Part shown: positions 37,527 through 47,524 of the stretch, piece by piece
How the letters are laid out: every line of letters starts with the position of its first letter
Position numbering within the stretch: the stretch's first letter is position 1
Assembly (NCBI GenBank): GCA_050248355.1
Contig: JBFWSN010000004.1
Location: 13,530 to 77,529 of the forward strand
DNA: 64,000 bases
Direction: 5' to 3'
Source: Dehalococcoidia bacterium
GTDB taxonomy: Bacteria > Chloroflexota > Dehalococcoidia > UBA2979
Translations under genes and position numbers: made by a program
The notes under the pieces: model-generated
Database searches by the model: none
The model's input: only the letters and a program-made list of their open reading frames with translations
Told to the model about the DNA's origin: nothing

Positions 37527-38858
37527 ATGGATGACGCCAGGCACGACGCCGCGGAGGCGGGAGCTGGAGCGGGCCGCCCTGCCCTCCCGCGCCTGAGCCG
37601 GCGACGGCTGATGACCTCGGCCGCCACGCTGGCCGGGCTCTACGCCTTCCAGCGCACCGTGGGCACCACCTTCGCGCAGAGTGACACCGGCAGTCCCGGC
37701 TGCCCGCTCCCCGGCCTCGAGGTGAACGTCCCCGACGACCCCACGAAGGAGCAGGGCCTCCGCTTCACGGAGGTCGGGATCCGCTCTCCCTTTGTGAACG
37801 ACCTCCAGCGCCGTTGGAGCGACGGCGGTCCGAATACCGCAGGCTCCAGCTGGACGCCCCACCAGGATCTCGACGGCATCATCACCCCCGCCGACCTGCA
37901 CTTTCAGCGCAATCACGCGGGCACTGCCATCATCGACCCCAGCAGGCACCGGCTGGTCATCCATGGCATGGTCGACCGTCCCAAGGTCTATACGGTCGAA
38001 GACATTCAGCGCTTCCCACGCGAGAGCCACATCTATTTCGTCGAGTGCTCGGGCAACAGCGGCAGCGGCTACGGCGGCGCCGCCGATGACGCCACCGCGC
38101 AGTCCATCCACGGCCTCACCAGCACGAGCGAATGGGTGGGCGTCCCCGTGCGCACCCTCCTGGAGGACGTCGGGGCCCAGTCCGACGCCTCATGGGCCCT
38201 CTTCGAGGGCTCGGACGCCGCCGTCATGGACCGCAGCGTCCCGGTCGAGAAGCTGATGGACGACGCGCTCATCGCCTACATGCAGAACGGCGAGCCGATC
38301 CGGCCGGAGCAGGGCTACCCCATGCGCCTCGTCCTCCCCGGCTGGGAGGGCAACGCCCAGATCAAATGGCTCCGCCGCATCGAGCTGGGCTCCGCCCCAT
38401 TCCAGACCAAGGAGGAGACGAGGCACTACACCGACTCGATGCCGGATGGGACTTCCCGTCAGTTCACCTTCGTCATGGAGGCGAAGTCGATCATCACCTG
38501 GCCCTCCGGCGGCCAGCGCATCGCCGGCCCCGGCTTCTGGGAAATCAAGGGCATCGCGTGGAGCGGCCGCGGCCGCATCCGCGCCGTCGAGGTCAGCACC
38601 GACAACGGCTCCACCTGGAACGAGGCGCGCCTCGACACCGTCTTCCCGATCGCCCACACCCGGTTCCGCTATCCCTGGCAATGGGACGGCGAGCGGACCA
38701 CCATCATGAGCCGCGCCATCGATGAGACCGGGTACGTACAGCCGACCCGCGAGGAACTCGTCAACGTCCGCGGCACCGACTACGTCTATCACTTCAACGG
38801 GATCCAACCATGGGTCGTCGCGAACGATGGGAGCGTGACCAATGGCCTCACTGCGTGA
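37527..38858 (+). CDS. Molybdopterin-dependent oxidoreductase of the sulfite-oxidase family (SorA-like sulfite dehydrogenase catalytic subunit), Tat-exported
   Basis: Tat signal LSRRRLMTSAATLAGL, Mo-ligating cysteine motif FVECSGNSGSG and a C-terminal dimerisation domain are present. Confidence 0.8.
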   Translation: MDDARHDAAEAGAGAGRPALPRLSRRRLMTSAATLAGLYAFQRTVGTTFAQSDTGSPGCPLPGLEVNVPDDPTKEQGLRFTEVGIRSPFVNDLQRRWSDGGPNTAGSSWTPHQDLDGIITPADLHFQRNHAGTAIIDPSRHRLVIHGMVDRPKVYTVEDIQRFPRESHIYFVECSGNSGSGYGGAADDATAQSIHGLTSTSEWVGVPVRTLLEDVGAQSDASWALFEGSDAAVMDRSVPVEKLMDDALIAYMQNGEPIRPEQGYPMRLVLPGWEGNAQIKWLRRIELGSAPFQTKEETRHYTDSMPDGTSRQFTFVMEAKSIITWPSGGQRIAGPGFWEIKGIAWSGRGRIRAVEVSTDNGSTWNEARLDTVFPIAHTRFRYPWQWDGERTTIMSRAIDETGYVQPTREELVNVRGTDYVYHFNGIQPWVVANDGSVTNGLTA

Positions 38859-39528
38859 CGTTCCCTGGTACTGGCTCTCGGTCGGGGTCCTCGCGGCGCT
38901 CGTCCTCACCGCCGCCTGCTCCGACGATGACGGCGACTCCTCCACCTCAACCAGTACCCCGACGACTTCGAGGACTGCGACGTCTGGTGACGGTGGATCT
39001 GGTGGCGACTCCCCGGGCGGAGGCACGCCGAGCGCCGCTGTCCGCATGGCGCTCGATCAGGACATTGGCAGCGAGGCCGCCGAGAGTGACATCCAGCCGA
39101 TCGACATCGACGTGCACCCCGACGGTGAAGGGCTCCCGGATGGCAGTGGTACCGTCTCCCGCGGCGCCGATGTGTATGCCGCTCGCTGCGCGGCCTGTCA
39201 CGGCCAGGACGGCCGCAACCCCACCGTCGGGCCGCAGCTCGTGAGCGAACCCGGCCCCTGGCAGCCCGGCATGCCGAAAACCATCGGCTCCTACTGGCCC
39301 TACGCCACCACCCTGTATGACTACATCCACCGCGCGATGCCGTTCAACGAACCGGGCTCCCTCTCCGCGGACGAGGTCTACGCGGTCGTCGCCTGGCTCC
39401 TGAACCAGAACCAGATCGTCCCCGACGACGCCGAGATGAACCGCGACACGCTGCCCGCCGTTGAGATGCCCAACCGCGACAACTTCGAAGCCTGCTGGCC
39501 CGACGCCTGTCGCCCAGACGTCGAGTAG
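38842..39528 (+). CDS. Monoheme cytochrome c (SorB-like partner of the Mo-enzyme)
   Basis: CAACHG heme-binding motif. A signal/anchor helix is followed by a Ser/Thr-rich linker. The start overlaps the end of the sorA-like gene. Confidence 0.75.
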   Translation: MASLRDVPWYWLSVGVLAALVLTAACSDDDGDSSTSTSTPTTSRTATSGDGGSGGDSPGGGTPSAAVRMALDQDIGSEAAESDIQPIDIDVHPDGEGLPDGSGTVSRGADVYAARCAACHGQDGRNPTVGPQLVSEPGPWQPGMPKTIGSYWPYATTLYDYIHRAMPFNEPGSLSADEVYAVVAWLLNQNQIVPDDAEMNRDTLPAVEMPNRDNFEACWPDACRPDVE

Positions 39529-39544
39529 CCCGAAAGGCCCCTTC

Positions 39545-40078
39545 ATGAAGTCCCTGTTGCTTGCGCTCGTTCTGCTCCTGCCGCTCGCAGTGGTCGCCTG
39601 TGGCGATGACGACGATGGCGATACGAACGGTGGTGGCGATGCGACGTCGACCGTTACGCGCGTCGTGACTCAGACCGCGACCCCCACTCGCACCGCTACC
39701 GCGACGGCCACCGCGACACGCACCGCCACCGCCGCCCCCGGCGGGGCGGGCGACATCGATGTCACCGAAGACGAGTTCACGATCGACCTGAGTGACGACA
39801 CCGCCGACGCTGGCGAGGTGACCTTCTCCATCGAGAACGAAGGCGCCATCGTCCACAACTTCGTCATCATCGACACCGACGAGGCGGCTGACGCCCTGCC
39901 GCTCGATGGAGCCCAGGTGAACCTCGACGACCTGACGGTCGTCGAGCGTACCGAGGACATCCCCGCTGGCGAGTCCGCCGACCTCACCGCCGACCTCTCG
40001 CCCGGACGCTACGTCCTGATCTGCAATGTCATCGGCCACTACCAGGCCGGCATGCACACAGAGTTCGAGGTCGAGTAG
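39545..40078 (+). CDS. Cupredoxin-like (type-1 copper) lipoprotein
   Basis: Lipobox LAVVAC, a Thr/Ala-repeat linker and the copper ligands H…C…H…M in HNFV…CNVIGHYQAGMH. Confidence 0.7.
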   Translation: MKSLLLALVLLLPLAVVACGDDDDGDTNGGGDATSTVTRVVTQTATPTRTATATATATRTATAAPGGAGDIDVTEDEFTIDLSDDTADAGEVTFSIENEGAIVHNFVIIDTDEAADALPLDGAQVNLDDLTVVERTEDIPAGESADLTADLSPGRYVLICNVIGHYQAGMHTEFEVE

Positions 40079-40120
40079 CGGCCGATCCTCGGGTTCGGCG
40101 AGCACCAGGACGCGCGACGG

Positions 40121-41056
40121 CTACTGCACCGTCGCGCGTTCGCGTCCCCGCAGCAGCACCGTCCACGCCTCCTGCACGATTAGGATCCCCACGCTGACGA
40201 GGACGACGCCCGCGATCACCTCGGAGTGCAGCTCCTCCCCCAGCACCACCCAGCTGCTGAGGATGCCGAACAGCGGCTGGCTGCTGTACACCACCGAGAT
40301 GCGCGACGGCGGGTACGTCTTCAACAGCCACGCGTTCGCGATGAACGCGAAGCCGCCGATGAGCACACCCTGGTACAGCAACGACCATAGCAACGGCCAC
40401 GCCAGCTCGTAGTCCGTCCCCTCGATGGGCACGCTCACGAGGAAGAGCAGGACGCCCGCGGTGAACGCCTGCGTCAGCACGATCTTCGCCAGCTCGATCC
40501 GCTGCGAGAGGATCGAGATCAACACCTGGCTCCCGCCGAGCAGGAACGAGGACACGAAGATGAGCGCATCCCCTTGCAACATGCTCCCGCCCGCGCTGAG
40601 CCCCGGTCCGAACGTCACCACCACGCCCGCGTAGCTCACCACGATCCCCGCCACCTGCGCCCGTCCGATGCGGTCGCCGCTCACGAACAGGTGCGACAGG
40701 ATCGCCGTCCAGATCGGGAAGGTCGTCAGGATGACCACCGTGTGCGCGACGCTCGTGCGCTCCTGACCGAGGTTGGTCGTGGCGATCGTCGCCACGAACA
40801 GGACCGCGAGCATCCCGAGTGGCGCGAGCTCACTGCGGACGGGCAAGATGCGCCGCTTCGACAACAGCGCCCACGCCAGCAGCGCGCACCCCGCGAGGAG
40901 GAAACGCGCCGAACCGATCTGCAACGGCTCCAGATAGCGCAGCCCGAACTTGATCGCCGTCGGGTTCGCCCCGAAGAGCACTGACAGCCCGAGCGTGAAC
41001 AGCGCGGCGCCCGCCGTCACCGGCCGCCGCTCGAGGGGTGCTGGTCGAGAGGTCAT
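40121..41056 (-). CDS. EamA/DMT-family transporter
   Basis: Ten transmembrane helices with a duplicated EamA domain architecture. Confidence 0.85.
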   Translation of the reverse strand: MTSRPAPLERRPVTAGAALFTLGLSVLFGANPTAIKFGLRYLEPLQIGSARFLLAGCALLAWALLSKRRILPVRSELAPLGMLAVLFVATIATTNLGQERTSVAHTVVILTTFPIWTAILSHLFVSGDRIGRAQVAGIVVSYAGVVVTFGPGLSAGGSMLQGDALIFVSSFLLGGSQVLISILSQRIELAKIVLTQAFTAGVLLFLVSVPIEGTDYELAWPLLWSLLYQGVLIGGFAFIANAWLLKTYPPSRISVVYSSQPLFGILSSWVVLGEELHSEVIAGVVLVSVGILIVQEAWTVLLRGRERATVQ

Positions 41057-41065
41057 CCGAGGAGT

Positions 41066-42064
41066 CTATGCGCTCGCTGCCGCCAGATCTGTCGCTCCCG
41101 TGCTCGCCCCCGCCTCGAACGTCTCGAAGATCGCCCGCGCCTCGCCAATCGACGTGGCCCCGAAGATCCGCCCTCGGATTGGCCCCGCCCCCACACGCCC
41201 CGTCGTATAGAGCGACAGCTGCCGCCGCGTGTGCACCAGCGCCTCGCGAGGCGGCAGGCTCGCTTCGATCAGTTCGAGGTGGGTCGCGATCACTCGCGCC
41301 TCGTGCGCCCGCCGCGCCTCGTGCGTCCGCCGCTCATGCTCCGCGTCGAACATCCACGGCCGCCCGAGCGCTCCGCGCCCTACCATCACCCCGAGGCAGC
41401 CCGTGGCGTCCATCATTCGGCGCGCCTCCGCGAGCGAACGCACGTCGCCGTTCCCCGTCACCGGGATGTCCACCGCCTGCACGACGTCCGCGATGACGTC
41501 CCATGGCGCACGCCCCGCGTACTGCTGCGACCGCGTCCGAGGGTGTACCGTGATCGCGTCGACGCCCACGTCCTGCGCCATCCGCGCCACCTCGACCGCG
41601 TTGATGCAGGTGTCGTCCCACCCACCGCGGATCTTGATCGTCAGCGGCACGTCGACCGCCGTCAGCTCCCGCCGCAATGCTTCGAGGATGCGCGCCGTCC
41701 GCGGGATGTCTCGCATCAGCGCCGCGCCCTTCCCCTTCGTCACGGCCTTCTTCGCCGGGCACCCCATGTTGAGGTCGATCACGCTCGCCCCCGCCTCGAC
41801 CAGGCGCCCCGCCGCCGGCACCAGCGTCTCTTCCGAGGCGCCCAGCAGCTGCATCGCAACCGGCCCCTCGCGCTGGTCGACCGCCGTCCATACCGCGGCC
41901 TTGCGCGGCCCCATCCCGAGCAGCGCCGCCGCGTCGATCTCCTCGTTCGTCGAGAACCCCGCCCCGCACTCCCGCGCCACCAGCCGGTACGGCGCGTTCG
42001 TGTAACTCGCCATCGGCGCCAGCCGCACCGGCCCCGCCGCAATCAACTCGCGCATTGACAGCAT
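41066..42064 (-). CDS. tRNA-dihydrouridine synthase (Dus family)
   Basis: APMASYTNAPYRLVARECGAG…DLNMGCP…TVHPRTR. The catalytic Cys and the FMN-binding barrel are recognisable. The 1368-aa ORF on this strand beyond 42064 is a shadow of gdh. Confidence 0.85.
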   Translation of the reverse strand: MLSMRELIAAGPVRLAPMASYTNAPYRLVARECGAGFSTNEEIDAAALLGMGPRKAAVWTAVDQREGPVAMQLLGASEETLVPAAGRLVEAGASVIDLNMGCPAKKAVTKGKGAALMRDIPRTARILEALRRELTAVDVPLTIKIRGGWDDTCINAVEVARMAQDVGVDAITVHPRTRSQQYAGRAPWDVIADVVQAVDIPVTGNGDVRSLAEARRMMDATGCLGVMVGRGALGRPWMFDAEHERRTHEARRAHEARVIATHLELIEASLPPREALVHTRRQLSLYTTGRVGAGPIRGRIFGATSIGEARAIFETFEAGASTGATDLAAASA

Positions 42065-42199
42065 CGGACGAGTATCGGCGCTGTGCTGGCGCCGCACGAG
42101 TGGTCTCGCTCGCCTCGTTTCGTTGCCCGGCTCGTTAACACGCACTGAACAACTGAGAGGCAACGTTCGCCGTGCGAAACCTGAAGGGAGCCTGCCGGC

Positions 42200-45100
42200 A
42201 TGGTCTCGTCCACGCCCACCGTTACGCCTGAGTCCACGGAGCAGCATCGCCGCCGCGTCATTCTCGATCGGCTGGCGGACCACATCGCCACGCGGCTCCC
42301 CCAGTCGGAGGCCGAGCTGTTGCAGCGCTTCGCGCGCGTCTACTACGCGCGCGTCCCTATCGAGGACCTCGAGGGCACCGACATCGTGGATCAGTTCGGT
42401 GCGGCTCTCTCGCACTGGACGTTCGGGCAGCGCCGCGAACCCGGGGCCGCTCGCGTCCGCGCGTTCACGCCCGACCCCGAGCGGTCTGGCTGGCGCAGCC
42501 ACCACGATGTCGTCGAGATCGTGGTCGACGACATGCCGTTCATCATCGATTCGGTCACGGGCGTGCTGCAACGGCGGGGGCTCGATGTTCACCTCGTGAT
42601 CTCCCCGACGCTCGCCGTGGTCCGCGACGCCGACGGGATCGCCACCGCCGTGACCGACGACCGCGCCGACGAAGCCGGCCACCGCGAGACCTTCATCCAC
42701 GTCGAGTTGGATCGCGTTCCCCTTCCCGAGGCGCTCCGCGAGATCGAGCAGGACCTGACGGCGGCGATTGAGGATGTGGCCGCCGCGGTCGGCGACTGGG
42801 CGGCGATGCGCGCGCGTGTCGGCGACATCGCGGCAAGCCTCGAAGGAGAGGCGCTCGCCTTCGTCGAATGGCTCCTTGGCGACCACTTCACCCTGCTCGG
42901 ATGCGCCCGCTTCGACACACCGGCGGCCGAGGAGCCCGCGCAGCCCGTCGCCGGCACCGCGCTTGGCATCCTCCGCCGTCCCGGCCGGCTGGACCGCATC
43001 GAGCCCCCGGCTGATACCGCTGAGGAACTCCACGTCTCCAAGGGCCGCGAACGGTCGTCCGTCTCGCGGCCCGTCCACCTCGATGAAATATGGGTGCCCC
43101 GCCGTGACGCGCCGTCCGGCGCCCAGGGGTGGGATCTGGTCACCGGTCTCTTCGGCGCGGCGGCCTACACCGGCAGCGTCACTGCCGTGCCACTCCTCCG
43201 CCAGAAGGTAGCCGCCGTCCTCGATCGCTCGGGCGCCGCTCCAGGCGGGCACGCGTACAACCGGCTGCAGACCGCGCTCGAGCAGTACCCCCGCGACGAG
43301 GTATTCCAGTCTTCCGTCGACCTCCTCGAGGTGCACGCCGCCGCCATCACCGAGCTCCGCGACGCAAGCCGCGTGCGAGTCCTGGTCAGACAGGACGGGC
43401 GCGGACGCTACTACTCGTGCCTCGTGTTCCTCCCGCGCGACCAGTACACCACCGAGCTCAGGTTGCGCGTCCAGGCCATCCTTGCCGAGGAGTTCGGCAC
43501 CGACGACTTCGAGTACACCGCGCTGGTATCTGAGTCGCCGCACGCCCGGCTCCACTACGTACTCCACGGTCCCGATCCCGCCCTGACGCCGACGCGCGCC
43601 GTGCTCGAGGAGCGCATCCGCCTGGTCGCCCGCGACTGGTCGGTCGCCCTTCGTGGCGAGCTGATCGAGGTCGATGGTGAAGCTCGCGGCATCGAGGAGT
43701 TCGCCGTCTTCGCGCGCGCGTTCTCCCGCGGCTACCGCGAGCAGTACTCCGCGCGCACCGCCGTCGTCGACATCAAGCGCGTGCTCGCCCTCCCTGCCGA
43801 CGACGGGATGGCCGTCCAGTTGCGGCAGCGCCCCGAGGATCCGCCGGACCTGCGCCGCTTCAAGCTCTACGCCACCGGCGCCGAGATCTCGCTCTCGCGG
43901 GTCATGCCAATCCTGCAGAACCTGGGTGTCGACGTCCTCGACGAGCGTCCCCATCGCGTCGAGCCTGCGGACCGCGCGCCCGTGTGGATCTACGACTTCA
44001 CGTTGCGGCTCCCCGCCCTCGCGCTGGCGAGGGAGGACGACACCGCGCACGATCGGTTCGAGGAGGCCTTCTCCGCGGTCTGGCGAGGCGAGGCCGACGA
44101 CGACCCGCTCAACCGGCTCATCGTCGTCGCGGGCTTCCGCAACCGCGAGGTCGTCCTGATGCGCGCGTTCGTGCATTACCTCCGCCAGATCGGCCTCCGC
44201 TTCAGCGACGATTACATCGCCGAGATGCTGGTCGAGCACGTCCCGGTCACGGCCGCGCTCATCCGCCTGTTCGAGCGCAGGCACCACCCCGAGCACGGCG
44301 ACGCATCGCTCGACCTCGCCGCCGACATCCTCGCCCACATCGCCGAGGTCGAGAGCCTCGAGCACGACCGCCTGCTGCGCGCCCTCCTCTCCGTCATCAT
44401 GGCGTCCGTCCGCACGAACTACTTTCAACGCGGTTCGGACGGCAGCGCGCGCGAGGTCATCGCTTTCAAGCTCGCGTCGCGCTCCATTCCGGAAGCGCCC
44501 GAGCCCCGCCCGCTCTTCGAGGTGTTCGTCTTCGCCAGCCGTGTCGAGGGCGTCCACCTGCGCTCCGGACCGGTCAGCCGGGGTGGCATCCGCTGGTCGG
44601 ATCGCCGCGAGGACTTCCGTACCGAGATCCTCGGGCTCATGCATACGCAGACGGCGAAGAACGCCTTCATTGTCCCCACCGGCGCCAAGGGCGGCTTCAT
44701 CGTGCGTCGCCCGCCCGCAGACCGCCCCGCCTTCCTGCAGGAGGGCGGGGCCTGCTACCGCATGCTCATCAACGCGCTGCTCGACATAACCGACAACATC
44801 GTGGCGGGAAAGGTGATCGCGCCGCCCCACACCATCCGCTACGACGGCGACGACCCGTACCTCGTGGTCGCAGCCGACAAGGGGACGGCCTCCTTCTCCG
44901 ATATCGCCGATGAGATCAGCGTCCAGCGCGGATTCTGGCTGGGTGACGCCTTCGCCTCCGGTGGCTCCGTCGGATACGACCACAAGGCGATGGGCATCAC
45001 TGCTCGCGGCGCCTGGGAATCGGTCCAGCGCCACTTCCGCGAGCTCGGCGTCGACGTGCAGACCGAGCCGATCACCGCCGTCGGCGTTGGCGACATGTCC

Positions 45101-46996
45101 GGCGACGTCTTCGGCAACGGGATGCTCCTCTCGCGCAGCCTGAAGCTCATCGCCGCGTTCGACCACCGCCACATCTTCGTGGACCCCGACCCGGATGCCG
45201 CTGTGTCATTCGAGGAGCGGACTCGACTCTTCGCGCTGCCCGCTTCGTCGTGGGCGGACTACAACGCCGCTCTCATTTCGCCCGGGGGCCTCGTGGTTCC
45301 GCGCAACGCGAAGTCCGTGATCCTGTCGCCCGAGGCCCGGCGGGCGCTCGACGTCGCCGGCGAGGAGGTCACGCCGGACGAACTCATCACGGCGATCCTC
45401 AAGGCGCCCGTCGACCTGCTCTGGAACGGCGGCATCGGCACCTTCGTCAAGTCGAGGTTCGAGGCGCATGCGGACACCGGAGACCGCTCCAACGATGCCA
45501 TTCGCGTCGACGCCGATGCGCTCCGCTGCCGGGTCGTCGGGGAAGGCGGCAACCTCGGCTTCACCCAGGCCGCTCGCATCGAGTACGCCCTTGCGGGCGG
45601 GCGCATCTACACGGACTTCATCGACAACTCCGGTGGTGTCGACACCTCGGACCGTGAGGTCAACATCAAGATCGTTCTCGACCGCGCCGTCGCCGAGGGC
45701 GACCTCACCGAGAAGCAGCGTGTCGACCTCCTGCGCGCCATGACCGATGAGATCGCGGCAGCCGTCGTCCTCGACAACTACGCCCAGACCGGAGCGCTCA
45801 CGAACGCGTTCTCGCAGGCGCACCTGATGGTCGATGTACACGCGCGGCAGCTCGCTCGCCTCGAGTCGCAGATCGGCCTCAACCGCGCCCTCGAGGGTCT
45901 CCCCCCGGACGATGTCCTCGCCGACCGCCGCGCTGCCGGGAAGGGACTCCAGCTCCCTGAGCTCTCCGTGTTGCTCGCCTACACCAAGCTATTCGTTCGC
46001 GGTGCGCTCATCGACTCCGAACTCACGGACGACCCCTGGTTCGCCGAGGAGATCGCAGGTTACTTCCCCTCGCTGCTCCGCGAGCGCTTCCCGCGCCAGA
46101 TCGCCGACCACCCGCTGCGCCGAGAACTGGTCGCCGCGCAGGCCGCCAACCACGTCGTGAACTACGCGGGCATCTCGATGGTGCACCGCATGATCGATGA
46201 GACATCGGCCACGGTCGCCGACATCGTGCGCGCGCACTACGCCGCATGGCACCTCTTCGACATGGCGCCGCTGTGGGACGAGATCGCTGCGCTCGACCTC
46301 CGTGTGCCCGCGCGCGTCCAGACCGAGATGTTCCTCGAATGCCGCCGCCTCGCCGAGCGGAGCACGCGCTGGCTTCTCCGGCACCGCCGTTCGCCGCTCG
46401 AGGTAGCGCCGACCATCGAGACCTTTCGCCCGACGGCCCGCGCCGTCCGGGAGGCGCTCCCCACGCTGCTTCAAGGCTCTGCCGCCGAGAAGCGCGTCGG
46501 CCTGATCGCCTCGCTCGTCGCCGAAGGGGTTCCCGAAGCCACCGCGACGCGAGTCGGCGACCTGGGCGAGATCGTCGCGGTGCTCGACATCGTTGATCAG
46601 GCACTCCGCACCGACACGCCTCCCGAGCGGGTCGCCGAGGTGTACTTCGTGCTCGAAACCCGCCTCGGGTTCGCATGGCTCGTCGAGCGGATCAACGCGC
46701 TTCCGCGGGACGACCGCTGGCAGTCGCTCGCCCGCTCGGCGCTGCGCGACGACCTGCTCGCCGAGCTCGCGCGTGTCACCGGCGATGTAGCGACCGCGCG
46801 GTCATCCGAGGAGTCGGCGGAGATGGTCTACGAGCGCTGGGCGACGCACAACGCGGAACCCAGGGCGCGCGCGCAGCTGGTGCTCGACGCCGTTCGCGGC
46901 CTCGGCCATGCCGGGCTCGCCCCGCTCAACGTCGCTCTGCTCGAAGTGCGAAACCTCCTCCACCAGTCGTCCCTGCCAGCTGCGGGCGGCTCCTGA
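42200..46996 (+). CDS. gdh: NAD-specific glutamate dehydrogenase, large (~180 kDa) class
   Basis: 1598 aa, with the Bac_GDH-type catalytic core (…GPVSRGGIRWSDRREDFRTEILGLMHTQTAKNAFIVPTGAKGGF…) embedded in long N- and C-terminal regions. Confidence 0.9.
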   Translation: MVSSTPTVTPESTEQHRRRVILDRLADHIATRLPQSEAELLQRFARVYYARVPIEDLEGTDIVDQFGAALSHWTFGQRREPGAARVRAFTPDPERSGWRSHHDVVEIVVDDMPFIIDSVTGVLQRRGLDVHLVISPTLAVVRDADGIATAVTDDRADEAGHRETFIHVELDRVPLPEALREIEQDLTAAIEDVAAAVGDWAAMRARVGDIAASLEGEALAFVEWLLGDHFTLLGCARFDTPAAEEPAQPVAGTALGILRRPGRLDRIEPPADTAEELHVSKGRERSSVSRPVHLDEIWVPRRDAPSGAQGWDLVTGLFGAAAYTGSVTAVPLLRQKVAAVLDRSGAAPGGHAYNRLQTALEQYPRDEVFQSSVDLLEVHAAAITELRDASRVRVLVRQDGRGRYYSCLVFLPRDQYTTELRLRVQAILAEEFGTDDFEYTALVSESPHARLHYVLHGPDPALTPTRAVLEERIRLVARDWSVALRGELIEVDGEARGIEEFAVFARAFSRGYREQYSARTAVVDIKRVLALPADDGMAVQLRQRPEDPPDLRRFKLYATGAEISLSRVMPILQNLGVDVLDERPHRVEPADRAPVWIYDFTLRLPALALAREDDTAHDRFEEAFSAVWRGEADDDPLNRLIVVAGFRNREVVLMRAFVHYLRQIGLRFSDDYIAEMLVEHVPVTAALIRLFERRHHPEHGDASLDLAADILAHIAEVESLEHDRLLRALLSVIMASVRTNYFQRGSDGSAREVIAFKLASRSIPEAPEPRPLFEVFVFASRVEGVHLRSGPVSRGGIRWSDRREDFRTEILGLMHTQTAKNAFIVPTGAKGGFIVRRPPADRPAFLQEGGACYRMLINALLDITDNIVAGKVIAPPHTIRYDGDDPYLVVAADKGTASFSDIADEISVQRGFWLGDAFASGGSVGYDHKAMGITARGAWESVQRHFRELGVDVQTEPITAVGVGDMSGDVFGNGMLLSRSLKLIAAFDHRHIFVDPDPDAAVSFEERTRLFALPASSWADYNAALISPGGLVVPRNAKSVILSPEARRALDVAGEEVTPDELITAILKAPVDLLWNGGIGTFVKSRFEAHADTGDRSNDAIRVDADALRCRVVGEGGNLGFTQAARIEYALAGGRIYTDFIDNSGGVDTSDREVNIKIVLDRAVAEGDLTEKQRVDLLRAMTDEIAAAVVLDNYAQTGALTNAFSQAHLMVDVHARQLARLESQIGLNRALEGLPPDDVLADRRAAGKGLQLPELSVLLAYTKLFVRGALIDSELTDDPWFAEEIAGYFPSLLRERFPRQIADHPLRRELVAAQAANHVVNYAGISMVHRMIDETSATVADIVRAHYAAWHLFDMAPLWDEIAALDLRVPARVQTEMFLECRRLAERSTRWLLRHRRSPLEVAPTIETFRPTARAVREALPTLLQGSAAEKRVGLIASLVAEGVPEATATRVGDLGEIVAVLDIVDQALRTDTPPERVAEVYFVLETRLGFAWLVERINALPRDDRWQSLARSALRDDLLAELARVTGDVATARSSEESAEMVYERWATHNAEPRARAQLVLDAVRGLGHAGLAPLNVALLEVRNLLHQSSLPAAGGS

Positions 46997-47000
46997 GGCT

Positions 47001-47035
47001 CACAGGGGGCACCGTCGCGCGACGGTGCCCCTGTG
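47001..47035 (+). terminator. Strong GC hairpin (CACAGGGGGCACCGTCG-CG-CGACGGTGCCCCTGTG) 5 nt after the gdh stop
   Basis: A ~16-bp inverted repeat read from the sequence. Confidence 0.55.
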
Positions 47036-47051
47036 AAACACCCCGCGTAGA

Positions 47052-47432
47052 ATGACGGACGTGTTCGTCGACAGGGAGGAGTGGGGCATGACGCTGTACA
47101 TCGGCTTCTACACGATCGACCCGCATTTCCAGCGGGAGTCCGGCGAGCGCGCTCGGTCGGGCGATAACACGATGGATGAGCGGTTCGGGCGCAAGGTCGT
47201 CGAGCTTCGCGATCGGCTGCCTGCCTCGCTGAAGCTCCTCGGCTCCTACGCCACCCAGAGCGCAGAGCGCCCGAACATCTGGCTCTGCGAGACGGACAAC
47301 CAGGCCGACCTGCAGTTCGTGAGTAACTACTACGAGGGCTACCTGCGCTTCGACTGGGTCCCGGCGACTGTCATTGGCGCTAACGCCGCCGAGACCGAAG
47401 CGCGTCGACAGGCCTCTGCCGCCAACCGCTGA
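47052..47432 (+). CDS. Hypothetical protein
   Basis: 126-aa ORF with no recognisable motif. The internal start MTLYIGFY (47091) is also possible. Confidence 0.35.
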   Translation: MTDVFVDREEWGMTLYIGFYTIDPHFQRESGERARSGDNTMDERFGRKVVELRDRLPASLKLLGSYATQSAERPNIWLCETDNQADLQFVSNYYEGYLRFDWVPATVIGANAAETEARRQASAANR

Positions 47433-47524
47433 GGCGGCCGGCCCGGCTCGAGACGCGCAACAACGAGGCGGCCGGTGACAGCCGGCCGCCTCTTCCGAGC
47501 ATCGATATCGCGGCGCTCGAGACG

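Noticed and set aside
41066-45172. 1368-aa ORF on the minus strand
   Set aside because: Only its last ~333 codons (41066..42064) encode a real protein, the Dus-family synthase. The remainder is an open antisense frame over the gdh gene, as is common at 70% GC, and has no protein-like sequence features.
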